From: Malacoraja senta
Lineage: Eukaryota
DNA length: 64,000 nucleotides
NCBI GenBank assembly: GCA_038087875.1
Contig: CM075998.1
Location: 1,924,001 to 1,988,000, forward strand
Direction: 5' to 3'
Shown: positions 52,536 through 64,000 of the stretch, in pieces
Numbering within the stretch: the first letter of the stretch is position 1
Layout of the letters: each line of letters opens with the position of its first letter
The notes under the pieces: generated by a model
The model's input: the letters and a program-made list of their open reading frames with translations, nothing else
Told to the model about the DNA's origin: nothing
Databases searched by the model: none
Translations under genes and position numbers: made by a program

Positions 52536-54394
52536 ACTTCACTGTGGCTGGGTCTAAATCCTGGAACTTCCTCTGCTTATTTGTGTGTATATTGAACTGA
52601 ACTGTTCTGTATTTTTGTTTATAATACTCTGTTGTGCTACAGCAAGCAAGAATTTCATTGTCCTACCTGGGACACATGACAATAGACTCTCTTGAATTGA
52701 CTTGAAAGCAAAAGCAGAACAGAACTCGAGTTACACATTTGACTTGGAGGAGGTCAGTGGAGTGAAGAGTTGGTCAATGTGAGAACAAGCTCATGTGTGG
52801 CGGTGAAATGCACTAGTTGGTCCGTTTAAGGAAGCAGCGAAGGAAGGGCTCTCAGACCATGTGGGTATGGAAAGGAAATGTAGATGGACTACATTCATGG
52901 TGAAAATGAGCCAATTTGTGACCAACAAACTCAAAGTGGTGGAGGGCATCAACGGTGTCACAGATTTAAGTGAGGAGAGGCAAGGGGAGAAGAAACTAGC
53001 TCTCTGGCCAGCAGCTGGCAGAAATAATGGTTTTACCAGGGCAGTACTGCTTGTGGATCTTGCGGAGGAGATAGGAGTGAGTTGTACGAGATTGTAGGAT
53101 GATGATCCCCAGAGGAAAGGAAGTCCATGATTATCAAAGGCCTAATGTTCAGTGGTGGGAGCATGGTTCTTTCACAGGGAGAATCAAGGAGGTGTTGGAG
53201 AATTGGCAATAGTTCAATAGTCGGTTTCATTTTTTAAATGGGTTTCCTTTTCTCTTTTTTTCCCTCTAGTTTCAGTTTCTTTTCGTGTTTTAGACAAGGT
53301 GTTGGCCAACATCTGTTTCCACATACACTATCGGCTCTTTCAATCGCTGAACCGCTGACAGCTGGTATAATTTGCCAGTGGAACTGCTCAAGGACAGGCC
53401 TCGGTTGCATCAGAAATCAATGCTGAATGCTATTGATTCCGAGAAAGAAAAAAAAAACATTCAGAGGACCTGCAGTGATACACCGCAATTTCAGTTTAGT
53501 CATTCCCACACAAAATATTCTACATCATATCAACGAATTATAGATTTGCCTTGACAAGACCAAGTCTTCACTCAAAATCTTGCCATCAGCATGCATACCC
53601 CACTTGAAGAAAATCTATAAAACTAAGATTTAGCAATCCATTTCACTAATTTATTCCACACCAAACGTATTGACATTAAGTGCTGGGAAGCCTTGTCATT
53701 TGTCTCTCCACAGAAACTGAAGTAGACAGTAATTGGAGGAGAGAGAGCAGGTAAATGAAGATGCTAAATCAGGGCAGAGATGGGAAATGCTAAGATATTC
53801 AGCAACGAATCAAGCCAAGAGCAGCTTTCACCCAACAAGTCCTTATTTAAAACAAAATTAGACTTAATTGTTTCTTCCAGAGGAATAACCATTTCATTCA
53901 TTCATTCATCATCGTTGAAAACATTAGCGACGCAGTGGTGCTGGTTTCCAACGGGAACGGTGACGGACGCACCACACATCTCCGTCCTCCAGTTCCTGCG
54001 GACTTCCACCGCTGGAAGTATCGGATTTAGTGTGTGTGTGTGTGCGCTTTATCATCATTCCTTACAATGCCGTGTACGACAGTGATCGCAACTTCTACTG
54101 ATGTGTGGATGGCCGTCGCCTCGCAAGAAGCTCATCTGCCCTTTGACAGGTCTTGTTTTTGGTCCTGCTGGGGGTCCACAGCCTCCTCACCTGGCAAACT
54201 CGTGGGGGAGATGGGTTTAGTCGCCGACTATCCAACCATGGAGCAGGTAGCAAGGGGTTACATGGGTGGAACTCCCCCCGACCTCACTATCAATTTTACT
54301 TAATCTAAATAAATGGCAAGTATGCAGAAAAATGTCACTGACCTACAGGACTCTTCTTGCCGGTTATATCTGCAGGGAATGTTAAGATAACATG

Positions 54395-54672
54395 GTGGCA
54401 CAGGGCAGCACGGTTGCGCAGCAGTAGAGTTGCTGCCTTACCGCGCCAGAGACCCGGGTTCAATTCTGAGTACGGGTGCTGTTTGTACGTTCTCCCCGTT
54501 TTCTCCGAGATCTTCGGTTTCCTCCCCCACTCCAAAGACGTACAGGTTTGTAGGTTAATTGGCCTGGTATAAATGTAAATCGTTCCTAGTGCGTGTAAAA
54601 TAGTGTTAATGAACGGGGATCGTACGCGATGCAGACCCGGTGGGCCGAAGTGCCTGTTTCTCTAAACTAAAC
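54395..54672 (+). mobile_element. tRNA-derived V-SINE (HE1-like)
   Basis: GCAGTAGAGTTGCTGCC...CCGGGTTCAAT head, V-domain, and CTAAACTAAA tail. Confidence 0.8.
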
Positions 54673-56029
54673 ATGAGAAAGGGGATATATTTTTGTACTT
54701 AGAACAAACATGTTTCCACACATTTCATATTTCTGCAACATTACATGTTTCTCTCTCTGTACCTTATTTATTTTAGTGTTGATGATGATTATTCATTCAT
54801 TCATTATTTGTAAAGTTTATTCAGGGCAAAGATTTGCCCTCCCAAGTAGATTTGACGGAGAATTGCATTAATCAATACCTTTAGGGCAAGTCTATATCCC
54901 TACAATCTACAGACCATCGACAAAATATTAAACCCTGTAAGCAAAGTCTTCAGAAAATTTAGAACAAAGAAATGGTTATTTAAATAGATGTACGACACAG
55001 CAGGAAGCCACTGTGGCAGTTCCGAAACAGATAGCCACCAGCTGTTCTATCCCTTACTTTTTTGGAAGAGTGAATATTTTAAATTTAAATACTTTTATTG
55101 GCTTCTCTCTTGAAAGTTTTCTTTGTTTCACATGACCGCTAAAGCAAATTTTCTGCCAATCTAACCAGAGAAATTTTTAAAAATTGTCTAGAGGTTCTTG
55201 TACAAAAAAATTAAGCCATGTATATCTACACATTTTTAATCCTTGCAATGTTCTAGAACCCAGTTGCTTAGCTTGATCCAATCAATTTTCCTGCAGAAGC
55301 AAGTTTTGGTAAGCAAAATCGCACAATGCAATTTATTTTTGTCCTTCATTGAAACACATACATTTCTGTTTTGAAATTAGCCTCTCTCTTCACTAATCTA
55401 CCCTGGTTTATAAGTGTCCATTTTCAGTTTGTCGAGATCAGAAAGTATCAACAGCACATTTTCTTTTCTAACATATATTTGTCGGTGGCTAAAATTAAAA
55501 GGCAAAGTGCCGAACATGTCCCAGGAAAGTAATGAAATTTCAAGACAACTGGAGGTTACTGTAGTGGCTGGAACATTAAAAATATCAGCAATGTTTTTAC
55601 ATGCTCAGTTTTTATTTTAACCAATCATCATCAATAGATCAATAATTCACTCACATTATCACATGTACACACACTTGCCCCTATTTAACCCCTCTGTTCA
55701 GATCAGGCACCATTTTAACAAAATGCTTCCAGTTCTGTCACACAAGTGGACCTCCACGTGCACCAGGTTTCTGCCATATTTTCAAAAACAGTGTTCGTTT
55801 TTCCCTACAATATAAAAGGTAGAGTCTACGCCGGCTCTTAGAACATTCCCATCAATCTCATTTCCCCACTTATCTGCCAGTAACCTATTCTCTCTCACCT
55901 GGAACCTCCCTACTTGGGATCATTTACCGTAGCCAATTAACTTACCAAACTGCACATCCTCTACATCTTTATCAGTAGGCAGCCCTGCATCTGACTGTGC
56001 CAAGACAAACTCATCTCTGGTTAAATTGT

Positions 56030-56158
56030 TAAAGAAGGAACTGCAGCTGCTGGAAAATCGAAGGTACACAAAAATGCTGGAGAAACTCAGCGGGTGCAGC
56101 AGCATCTATGGAGCGAAGGAAATAGGCAACGTTTCGGGCCGAAACCCTTCTTCAGACA
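56030..56158 (-). mobile_element. Short Penelope-derived element with hammerhead motif
   Basis: Minus strand reads GU-CUGAAGA-AGGGUUUCGGCCC-GAAAC-GUU; TSD TCTGGTTAAATTGT at 56016-56029 and 56159-56172. Confidence 0.8.
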
Positions 56159-56561
56159 TCTGGTTAAATTGTGTCCATCTCAGACATCCCCAAAACCCAA
56201 ATGCAGGACCCCAGGAGATTATGAAGCTATTTTGCTATGTGTCAAACTTATCATTACAAATCAGATCTCGAACAAGTGTTTAGGAAAGAACTGCAGATGC
56301 TAAGTTAAATCGAAGATAGACACAAAATGTTGGAGTAACTCAGCGGGACAAGCAGCATCTCTGGAGAGAAGGAACGGGTGACGTTTTGGGTCGAGATCCT
56401 GAGGTGTTTACATTTTTGGGGGACAATGTGGGTAGTAATGGAAAAACATCACAACCAATGAATTAATGTCACTGTTTTTAGCAGATTGATATTTAGTCCA
56501 CATCTTATCTTGAAATGGAAAGGAGTGCCGGACACAGAAAAGTTTAAATAAAAACACTAAG

Positions 56562-56567
56562 TTTATT
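56562..56567 (-). terminator. Candidate MCRS1 polyA signal
   Basis: AATAAA on the minus strand about 480 nt after the stop codon, just before repeat-rich DNA resumes. Confidence 0.5.
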
Positions 56568-57049
56568 CAAAAAGGTTTTCCACAACCTTCCAAAAAGCGA
56601 AAATGTAACATGTTGACAACGCAAGCAAGAGATTGTGCTCGGATTACACTATCAGTATTCCATGGTATAATTCTATTAAATAATGGTCATGAAAAATTTA
56701 CAGAAAATCATGACGAAGAGATTTCTGGAAAGCAAAGAACTGTAGCTGGAGTCATTTTCCAGGTGCATCATCTACAATTGCAAAAATGGCTCGTGCCATC
56801 TTTTCTCTTGCCTATATGTTCCACTTTTAATTTGGTTGTCCTCATGCAGGGTAAAACAGTACCTTCCATTTGGTGTCTTATGACAAACGCACGTCAGTAA
56901 AAGCAGATAGCTCTGGTCCCGAGTTTTTAATCTTGGTAAAATTAGATACAATAGTCCAAATAACAGAAGGCTTACATATCCAGGACAGCGACAAGAGTGC
57001 CCTCATCTTTATTTCAGCCAATGTTTGCTCAGAGACTAGGAACCTCCAC

Positions 57050-57136
57050 TCACTGCTGGTTCATCTTGGCAGCTTCAGCCCTGATCAGCGCAATCAGATC
57101 CTGGTTAATTAAAAACACAAAACGAAGTCCGGCAAT
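57050..57136 (-). CDS. MCRS1: MCRS1 last coding exon with stop
   Basis: gtag|ATT; IAGLRFVFLINQDLIALIRAEAAKMNQQ-TGA. Confidence 0.96.
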   Translation of the reverse strand: MAGLRFVFLINQDLIALIRAEAAKMNQQ

Positions 57137-57429
57137 CTACAAAGGAAGAAAACAGAAACAAATATTTAATTTCATGCATCGTTCGTCATAAATTTATGCT
57201 AAAAACTCTTCGTCAACTCCGTACAGACAGCGCCCGTAGTCAGGATCAAACCTGGGTCTCTGGCACTGCAAGGCAGCAACTCGACCGCTGTGCCACCATG
57301 CCACTCTATGTGATCGGTGATTTAATTGAATGTATTCTCTTAAAAGTACAAACTTTATGTAATGTCATCTTCATCACAGTGAATATTTGACGAGCGCAAG
57401 ATGATTCAACTCTTCGACCTAACACTTAC

Positions 57430-57557
57430 TTCAACGACAGAGTTGTTATTCAATTTCCATTTATTTCCACTCAGAACTGGCCTGCCATCGATGTAGATGG
57501 GACGTCGACCTTCATTGGCAATGAAGAAGTCTCCATCGTTCTTCAGCTTTATTATAC
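57430..57557 (-). CDS. MCRS1: MCRS1 coding exon (FHA domain)
   Basis: aaag|GT...GAA|gtaagt; (G)IIKLKNDGDFFIANEGRRPIYIDGRPVLSGNKWKLNNNSVVE; 128 nt. Confidence 0.96.
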
Positions 57558-58258
57558 CTTTAAGACAAATGTAATTTCTTTGAAAAGCAATTATCATACC
57601 TCAGCTATTTGATTTTGAACTGTTGGACAAGAGATAACAACTCCAGCATTAATTACAGCGTCTCTGGACTCCTGTTTATTGCAGTTTGCTTTATAGTTTC
57701 TTTCTCCAAACACTAGTTGGGGACAGTTTATCCAAAAGAATCTAGATCCCCGTAACAGAAGAGAATTAACTCCACCATCCAATCGCAGGTACTAGAGCCG
57801 AAGGACTTCTATTGTGTGACAATCATTAAACAATCATTCAGTGTAAGATATGAGCAACCTGTTTGCAATTCTTGGCTACCTCATTCCCAACGTAATCCCC
57901 AGTTAATAACCAGAGTTAAGAAGAATGGAGTAAACAAGGAATCATGTCCAAAAGCTGGCTGCTCTTGTCATACAACATTTAGTAACAGTTTTTTTTAAAC
58001 ATACAGGCCCACCTCCAAATTCCCATGGTTGCCAAACAACAGGAACGGTAACCTAAATTCAGGAGTCACAGAGTCATACAGCACGGAAACATACAGTACA
58101 GCCCAGCTTGCCCATACTAACCAAGGTGCCCCATCTACACTAATCTCACATGCCTCAGTTTGGCCCACATCCCTCTGAACCTTTCCGATCCATGTACCTG
58201 TCCAAACGTCATTGTAAATGTTGTTAAATGAAGGAATAAAACCAAAAATAAAACTTAC

Positions 58259-58346
58259 CTTGCCTTCTGGAGATTTTCCATGCTGGTCCCTCTAGAGAAA
58301 GGTCAACATCAATCTGATTATCTTTTGTGGCTCGACCCAATGTGAT
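58259..58346 (-). CDS. MCRS1: MCRS1 coding exon (FHA domain)
   Basis: ccag|ATC...CAAG|gtaagt; ITLGRATKDNQIDVDLSLEGPAWKISRRQ(G); 88 nt. Confidence 0.96.
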
Positions 58347-59158
58347 CTGGTTTGAGGAAGGACAGGGAGATGCACTTATTAAGGTGTGGGGTAGGTTACA
58401 AAGTAGACACGATATCACAAAACATCATTTGAACAAGGCCTATTCCGAAAATACCAGCAGCTAGAGCCCTTGCTTTCCCCCTCCATCCCCTCCCCATCAC
58501 AGTTCTCCCACCAGTCTTACTGTTTCCGACCACGTTCTATTTTTGTCCCGCTCACTCCCCTACCATCAGTCTGAAGGGTCTCGACCCGAAACGTCACCCA
58601 TTCCTTCTCTCCAGAGATGCTGCCCATCCCGCTGAGTTACTCCAGCTTTGTGTCCACCAGCAGCTAGAGAAGTGGCTTCTAAAAATAAACTTCAGCATGG
58701 GATTTTGCCCATGGTAGAATTCTTTACATTCATCCTCACAGCCCAGGAAAGTGGCACAATTATGGTACTGCTTATCAACCAGGTTGTTAGCTCACATTTC
58801 AGCAAAGCAATATCCAAACTTGAATCCCATTGCTCAAACAGCGACCATAAAGTCTACATCTATGCCTATGTGGATATAAAAATCATTCGTCATATAATTT
58901 GCTTAAAATACTTCACAATTCCTCCACCTGCTACCCATTGATATACATTTAAAAGTCCTTGAAATAAGTGGATACTCTGGTTATGTGACACAGGCAGTTC
59001 TGATGAAGGATTCTGACAAAGGCTTAAACCCATCTCCGTGGGTTGCTAACTGACCTACTGGGCATTTGCAATATATTTATTTTTAAAAGCCACTGCAACA
59101 TTAATACCAAAAAAAAAATCCTGCAACTTTCTAGATATCAAGGAAAGCACTGCCATAC

Positions 59159-59241
59159 CTCTCGAGACCTCATCAAGTATCGGACCATTCTCCCCCGTAA
59201 AACAGCCAGCGTCTGGTTATCAAAATCGGGAGAGCTGATAC
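59159..59241 (-). CDS. MCRS1: MCRS1 coding exon
   Basis: taag|GT...GAG|gtatg; (G)ISSPDFDNQTLAVLRGRMVRYLMRSRE; 83 nt. Confidence 0.95.
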
Positions 59242-60573
59242 CTTAAGAAACCAAATCAGTTAATTTAGTCAATTAGGTCATCATAGCAGTGACCATAGTC
59301 TTTATGAACACAATGAACAATTCTTAATAGCAAACTCATCTTAAAAAGTATGAATATTACTGTGAGAAATTTAACAAAAATTAAATCATGATTTACGTCA
59401 TTACTCGCACACACAAAATAAGATTTTTTTTCCCCACCTCAAACCAATACCTAGTGTAAGCAATCACTTGGGAGACTTGGATATTTTATTGTAAAATGGC
59501 CTTGTCAACCACAGTTAACAGAATGACCAAATTTTAATTATGTTAAAAACTATTTCCCAATTTACAATTCTTGGACTGGTGGACCAAAAACATTTCTTCC
59601 CAACAGTTATTCTTCTAAGAAATCCGATGGCTCTGCAAACAAGTTACAATCAAAGAGATGAATTCCATACAGTCAGCAGGAAGATTTCTTTGGGATGTGC
59701 ACTTTTAAAAAAAAAGTTGGCACTCATTTCAACTATAAACTGCATCTGGAAATGCACAGGAGTTACCATTTTCAGCTCCTCTCAACTTACTGAGAACACT
59801 GTTAAAAAAACATATTGTTTGCCAATCAGTGATGAGTACTGGAACTTTATATTTTAACCATCTGAAACATTTTATAAATTTCAGCAGTTTTAAATGCAGT
59901 ATTTTTATCTCCATATATCACATTTTTCTCCATCTTGAAATATATGCAAACTTGAGCTTTTATATAATATTGTTCAGGGCAAAACATGGTATATCAGAGT
60001 TTGATAAGATGGTATCAAACTACAAATAAGAATACAGAAATCTCATTTTTGAGACTTTGTTATAGATCAACGGCTGCTTGCCTTTGCAGCCAGGAATTGG
60101 TGATCAATGTGAAGGAGCTTCTTTGTGACAATTCTACTGGGGCATTCTTAAACATGTAGCACTAAACAGTTAGTGTAGTGGGACTCCAGAATAGCAAGTT
60201 TTCTGAAGAGAACATAACATTCTGAAATTGGAATGCAAATACGATAAATATTGAAATTCCTATATCAAATGTAACTTAAGTCCTCTGTTCTCATGTCATT
60301 TTTTTGTGGATCAGTTGTGCCTCCAGTTCATACACTAGTGTTCTCAGTAAGGCTTCATTGCAGTCTGCAGTATGCTCAAAAAGCATCTAGTTCAGTGAAG
60401 CCAATGTGACATTGTTGAAGAAAATTTAAACTGAAAACAGAAACACTCAACTGGTCAGTAACATCTGCAGAGAGGGGGAGAGAGTTAATGTTTCATGTCC
60501 GAAAATGTGGTCAGAACTCTGACAAAGGATCTCCAACCTGAAATGTTAACTCGAGACACAGTTTAATCATCAC

Positions 60574-60666
60574 CTGTTACACTGTCGACCAGAACCTGCC
60601 ACTTTGGAAGCTCCTGCTCCAGCTGCCGGATCTCTCGTTTCTGCCGTCGGTCTGCTAGAGTGAGCT
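60574..60666 (-). CDS. MCRS1: MCRS1 coding exon (coiled coil)
   Basis: acag|AG...ACAG|gtg; (E)LTLADRRQKREIRQLEQELPKWQVLVDSVT(G); 93 nt. Confidence 0.95.
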
Positions 60667-61529
60667 CTGTGGTCAAAACATAAGCAGAATTACAAAGAGG
60701 AAGCAATAAGGCCAAAGCAAATAACAACACATTTTCATGCAGAACACAAATTGGCTCATTTGTATCCTACACAATGAAGGGCGGACATGGTCATGATGCT
60801 GGATTTACATTGAAAACAAATGTCAATTGACATTTCACGTGTAGTAAATCCTACCCACAACATGCATCAAGATCACAGCACAAAACTGACCAAAGTAACA
60901 TTGACGGCAAGTCATTCAGTCCCTTCATCCAGACTGAATTTTAAAAACTTCCTCCTTGCCTCCACGCCTGCTCCTTAGCATTCGAGACTTTTGCTTCCCT
61001 GTCCAGAAGTCTTAATACTGATTTAACAGATGGAGTTGGGAATATTCCAAAATCAGTCCTGCATTTGCCTTTTGGGCATATTCATCATCAATTGAAAGAT
61101 ATGAAAGTGTTCACTTTAAAACTCTATTTCAATGACTTATACCGCACACAGCTCCCATAAATGCCAAACCCTACAGCTGGATATCAATTATACTCTCCAG
61201 CTAGGCGCATGATATCTAGAGATGCAAATCGGATGCTGGGGTTGACAAGGCTGTCACGGTTCCACTTACATCACAGTGCAGCATAATCACAAATTTAGAC
61301 TACAATGCAAATATCTTCTACGACAAAGGTAAACTCAGGAAAATACAAATTACTTGCAAAATATTTCAAATAATTGAACTTAAGGTTGAATGAGTTGAGC
61401 AGAAAAGTCTTGAATCTGTACTCAGCTTGGACTCTCGACCTGGAAGACATGACCACCTTATGGCTCTTTCCTTAATCTGCTTACCTCAGCAAACATTTGG
61501 TCACCACAAACTGAAGACAGGCAACTTAC

Positions 61530-61558
61530 CATGTTCCAGGACATCATCTCTTGTTTCC
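61530..61558 (-). CDS. MCRS1: MCRS1 29-nt micro-exon
   Basis: ctag|G...CATG|gtaagt; (K)ETRDDVLEH(E); phase 2 to 1 fits both neighbouring exons. Confidence 0.92.
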
Positions 61559-61759
61559 CTAGGAAAGGGGAAAAGAAAAGATCATCCAACAATCTGGCAT
61601 TAGCTTTGGTTTACTATTGTCACTTGTACCAAGATAGAGTGATATTACATGCTATCCAGCCAAATCATACCCTACACAAGTACATCAGGTAGTGCAAAAG
61701 ACAAAATAAACGGAGTGCAACGACAGAGAAAGTGCAGATTAGAAAGTTCAAGGTCCGCA

Positions 61760-62262
61760 ACAAGTAGACTGGAAGATCAGGAATTCAGAAGATATTATGG
61801 TTGATTATGTTGGCTGCTTTCCCAAAGAAATGTGAATTATAGATGGAGTTGATTGGTGGGAAGGCTGGTTTACTGGATGGACTGGGCTGCATTCACACAT
61901 ACACTGCCAATTCTTGCAGTCTTTGGCTGAGCAGTTTTCTATTGTGCATCTGTACAAAATAGTAAGTGTCATTGGAGAAGTGTTGAATTTCCTTGGTCTT
62001 CTAAGGAAGTAGAGGCGTTGGCGTACTTAGGTGCAGCGTCGATGTGGTTGGACAAGGACAAATTGTTGGTGATATTTACACCTAGGAATTTAAAGCACTC
62101 GACCATTTCCACTTCAGTACGATTGATGCAGACTGGGGTGTGTATCCCACCACGCCTCCTGAAGACGATGACCAGCTCCTTCATTTTGCTTACATTTGTC
62201 TTGACACCATGTTACTAAGCTCTCTATCTCCTTTCTGTGCTCTGTCTCATCACTGTTTGTGA
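61760..62262 (-). mobile_element. Rex1/Babar-type LINE fragment
   Basis: ORF 61969..62184 KELVIVFRR...INRTEVEMVECFKFLGVNITNNLS. Confidence 0.75.
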
Positions 62263-62602
62263 TCAGGGGTTATGGGGAGAAGGCAGGAGAATGGGGTTGA
62301 GAGGGATAGATAGATCAGCCATGATTGAATGGCGGAGTGGACTTGACTTGATGGGCCGAATAGCCTCATTCTGCTCCTATCACATGAACTTATTCCTCAT
62401 TTAAACCCGTGTCCAAATGCAAACCATTTTTTCCAACTGGGTTCAAAATCAAGTACTAGAAGTGCAAAGGCTACATCCTGCCTCAATAATATTTAGTTTC
62501 TCCAAATGTTAAGGGGGAATATTGAGCAAAGAATTAAATAAAAGGACAATAAATATCACATTCATACATTGTCCAGTGCTATATAAAAATTCAAACCCTT
62601 AC

Positions 62603-62678
62603 TTGAGCTTGCTGTCATCTATCATGTCTTCAGCATCAGAAAAGTTCAGAACTTGATCTCCTTTAGGTAATGGTTGGA
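62603..62678 (-). CDS. MCRS1: MCRS1 coding exon
   Basis: ttag|TC...CTCAA|gtaag; (V)QPLPKGDQVLNFSDAEDMIDDSKL(K); 76 nt. Confidence 0.95.
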
Positions 62679-63447
62679 CTAAAAAATAAAATCAGTCAGG
62701 AAAGTAGCAGTCACCCAACCGTAAAATAAACAGCAACGGCAGATAATTATATTTACTGAACCTATTTAATGAACTGTAATATCCAAAAGTACTTGGGAAA
62801 GTCCAGATATTATACAAAATAGCTGAGCTACCAAAGGAGTGATCACAGAGAGGTTTTAAGCAGGAGAGAGAGGTAACAAGGTCCATGCAACCATTCTAGA
62901 GCACAAGGTCAAAGCAGCCAATGACCCCGTGGCTGCAGATGGAAAGGGGGGCACTGTCTATACATTCTTTAGCCCAGGGCATTGAAGGACCTTGGCTCTG
63001 GGTCTCTATGCTGATCAGAGCCAAGCATGATCCTGTTCAGTGAGTCTGAGCAATCAGGTGCGTTGGTTGTCCTGCTTGTACTTTGCTGACCTCACTCAAA
63101 TCTGAGACTTAACTTGTGCAATTCAATAGAGCACTATGAGGACAATAGAGGAAGCTACTCTAGCCTTCGAGCTTCTTCCACTATTTAATTAGATCATAGC
63201 AGACCTACCGTAATGGGTCGATTACCCATGGAAAGAAGCTTGCTTTTTAATATTTACCTTGGTTAACCCCCCACATCAGCACACCATAACATGTTAAACT
63301 GAATGGCTTTGGGAAATGCATATTCTGGGAACAACTTAAAAAATGTCTCTTATCAGCAGATGGGTTCATCTAATATTGAGGGCATGCAGAAAGCAGCAGA
63401 TTCATGGCTATTCCCACTTAACAACCAGATCGCCAATATGCTTTTAC

Positions 63448-63586
63448 CCGTTTGATCTTCTAAGAGGTAGTACTGTTTCATTAGCTGCCAGTGAACTTGA
63501 AGGGATTTGGCAGTGCGTGACTGATAGAAAACATTTGGGTGTTTGTTTAGCAACTCCTGAAACGTGTCCAGTGTAGGTTGACTGGT
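63448..63586 (-). CDS. MCRS1: MCRS1 coding exon (gene continues beyond window end)
   Basis: cag|ACC...ACGG|gt; TSQPTLDTFQELLNKHPNVFYQSRTAKSLQVHWQLMKQYYLLEDQT; 139 nt, phase 0 to 1. Confidence 0.95.
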
Positions 63587-64000
63587 CTGTTGGCCAAACA
63601 GAAATAAAAGGAAAGGTAAACAATACAGCAGATAGATGTGCACATTTCAACAATGCAAATAGGTTCGGATTTTGTTGAAATGTATTATTACAACATTCAT
63701 TGGTAGTTGGAAAATACAAAAAAAAACTATTCCCATATCCCCAAACTTCTTAAAGTGAAGAATTGCTGGAAACAGCCCCACCAACAATCCTTCAACAGCC
63801 GACCTAAAGCTCTACTCTTCTATTTGGAGCCGAGAATAGCAGACCACCCAGGTCTTAAGCACAAAAAGAGGGTATCATAAATTAAACCCTGATCCAATGC
63901 CTGCCCACACACCCAGTACTTTACTGCGTAGAGCAGTGAGAAACCATGATCGTGGATGTCTTTTCTTCATTGTTATGGTATAGAACAATAGTGCCCAACA

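Noticed and set aside
1..64000. CRISPR arrays, operons or other prokaryotic systems
   Set aside because: The window is spliced vertebrate DNA; its repeats are dispersed transposon copies, not repeat-spacer arrays.

Overview
This is eukaryotic, AT-rich, repeat-dense vertebrate DNA. The repeat families and gene structure suggest a cartilaginous fish, probably a skate or ray (inference). Two spliced genes converge. SPATS2 lies on the + strand with 11 coding exons from 1639 to 43973; the exon phases join into one open frame, the start-codon exon appears to lie upstream of the window, and the 3' UTR probably runs to about 46.1 kb. The 3' half of MCRS1 lies on the - strand with 8 coding exons from 63586 to 57050, including the FHA domain. 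KCNH3, which sits between these two genes in human, is not recognisable in the roughly 10 kb gap, which instead holds repeats and an orphan CpG-rich patch. Introns contain a near-full-length Passport-like Tc1 (DD34E) transposon, a young 5'-truncated L1 with perfect target-site duplication (TSD), two non-autonomous DNA transposons, and CR1, L2, Rex1, V-SINE and DeuSINE fragments. The most striking signal is about two dozen short Penelope-derived elements. Many are TSD-flanked and palindromic, and the better-preserved copies carry a minimal type I hammerhead ribozyme motif. Repeat boundaries without TSDs are approximate, and family names come from recalled sequence similarity, not database searches.
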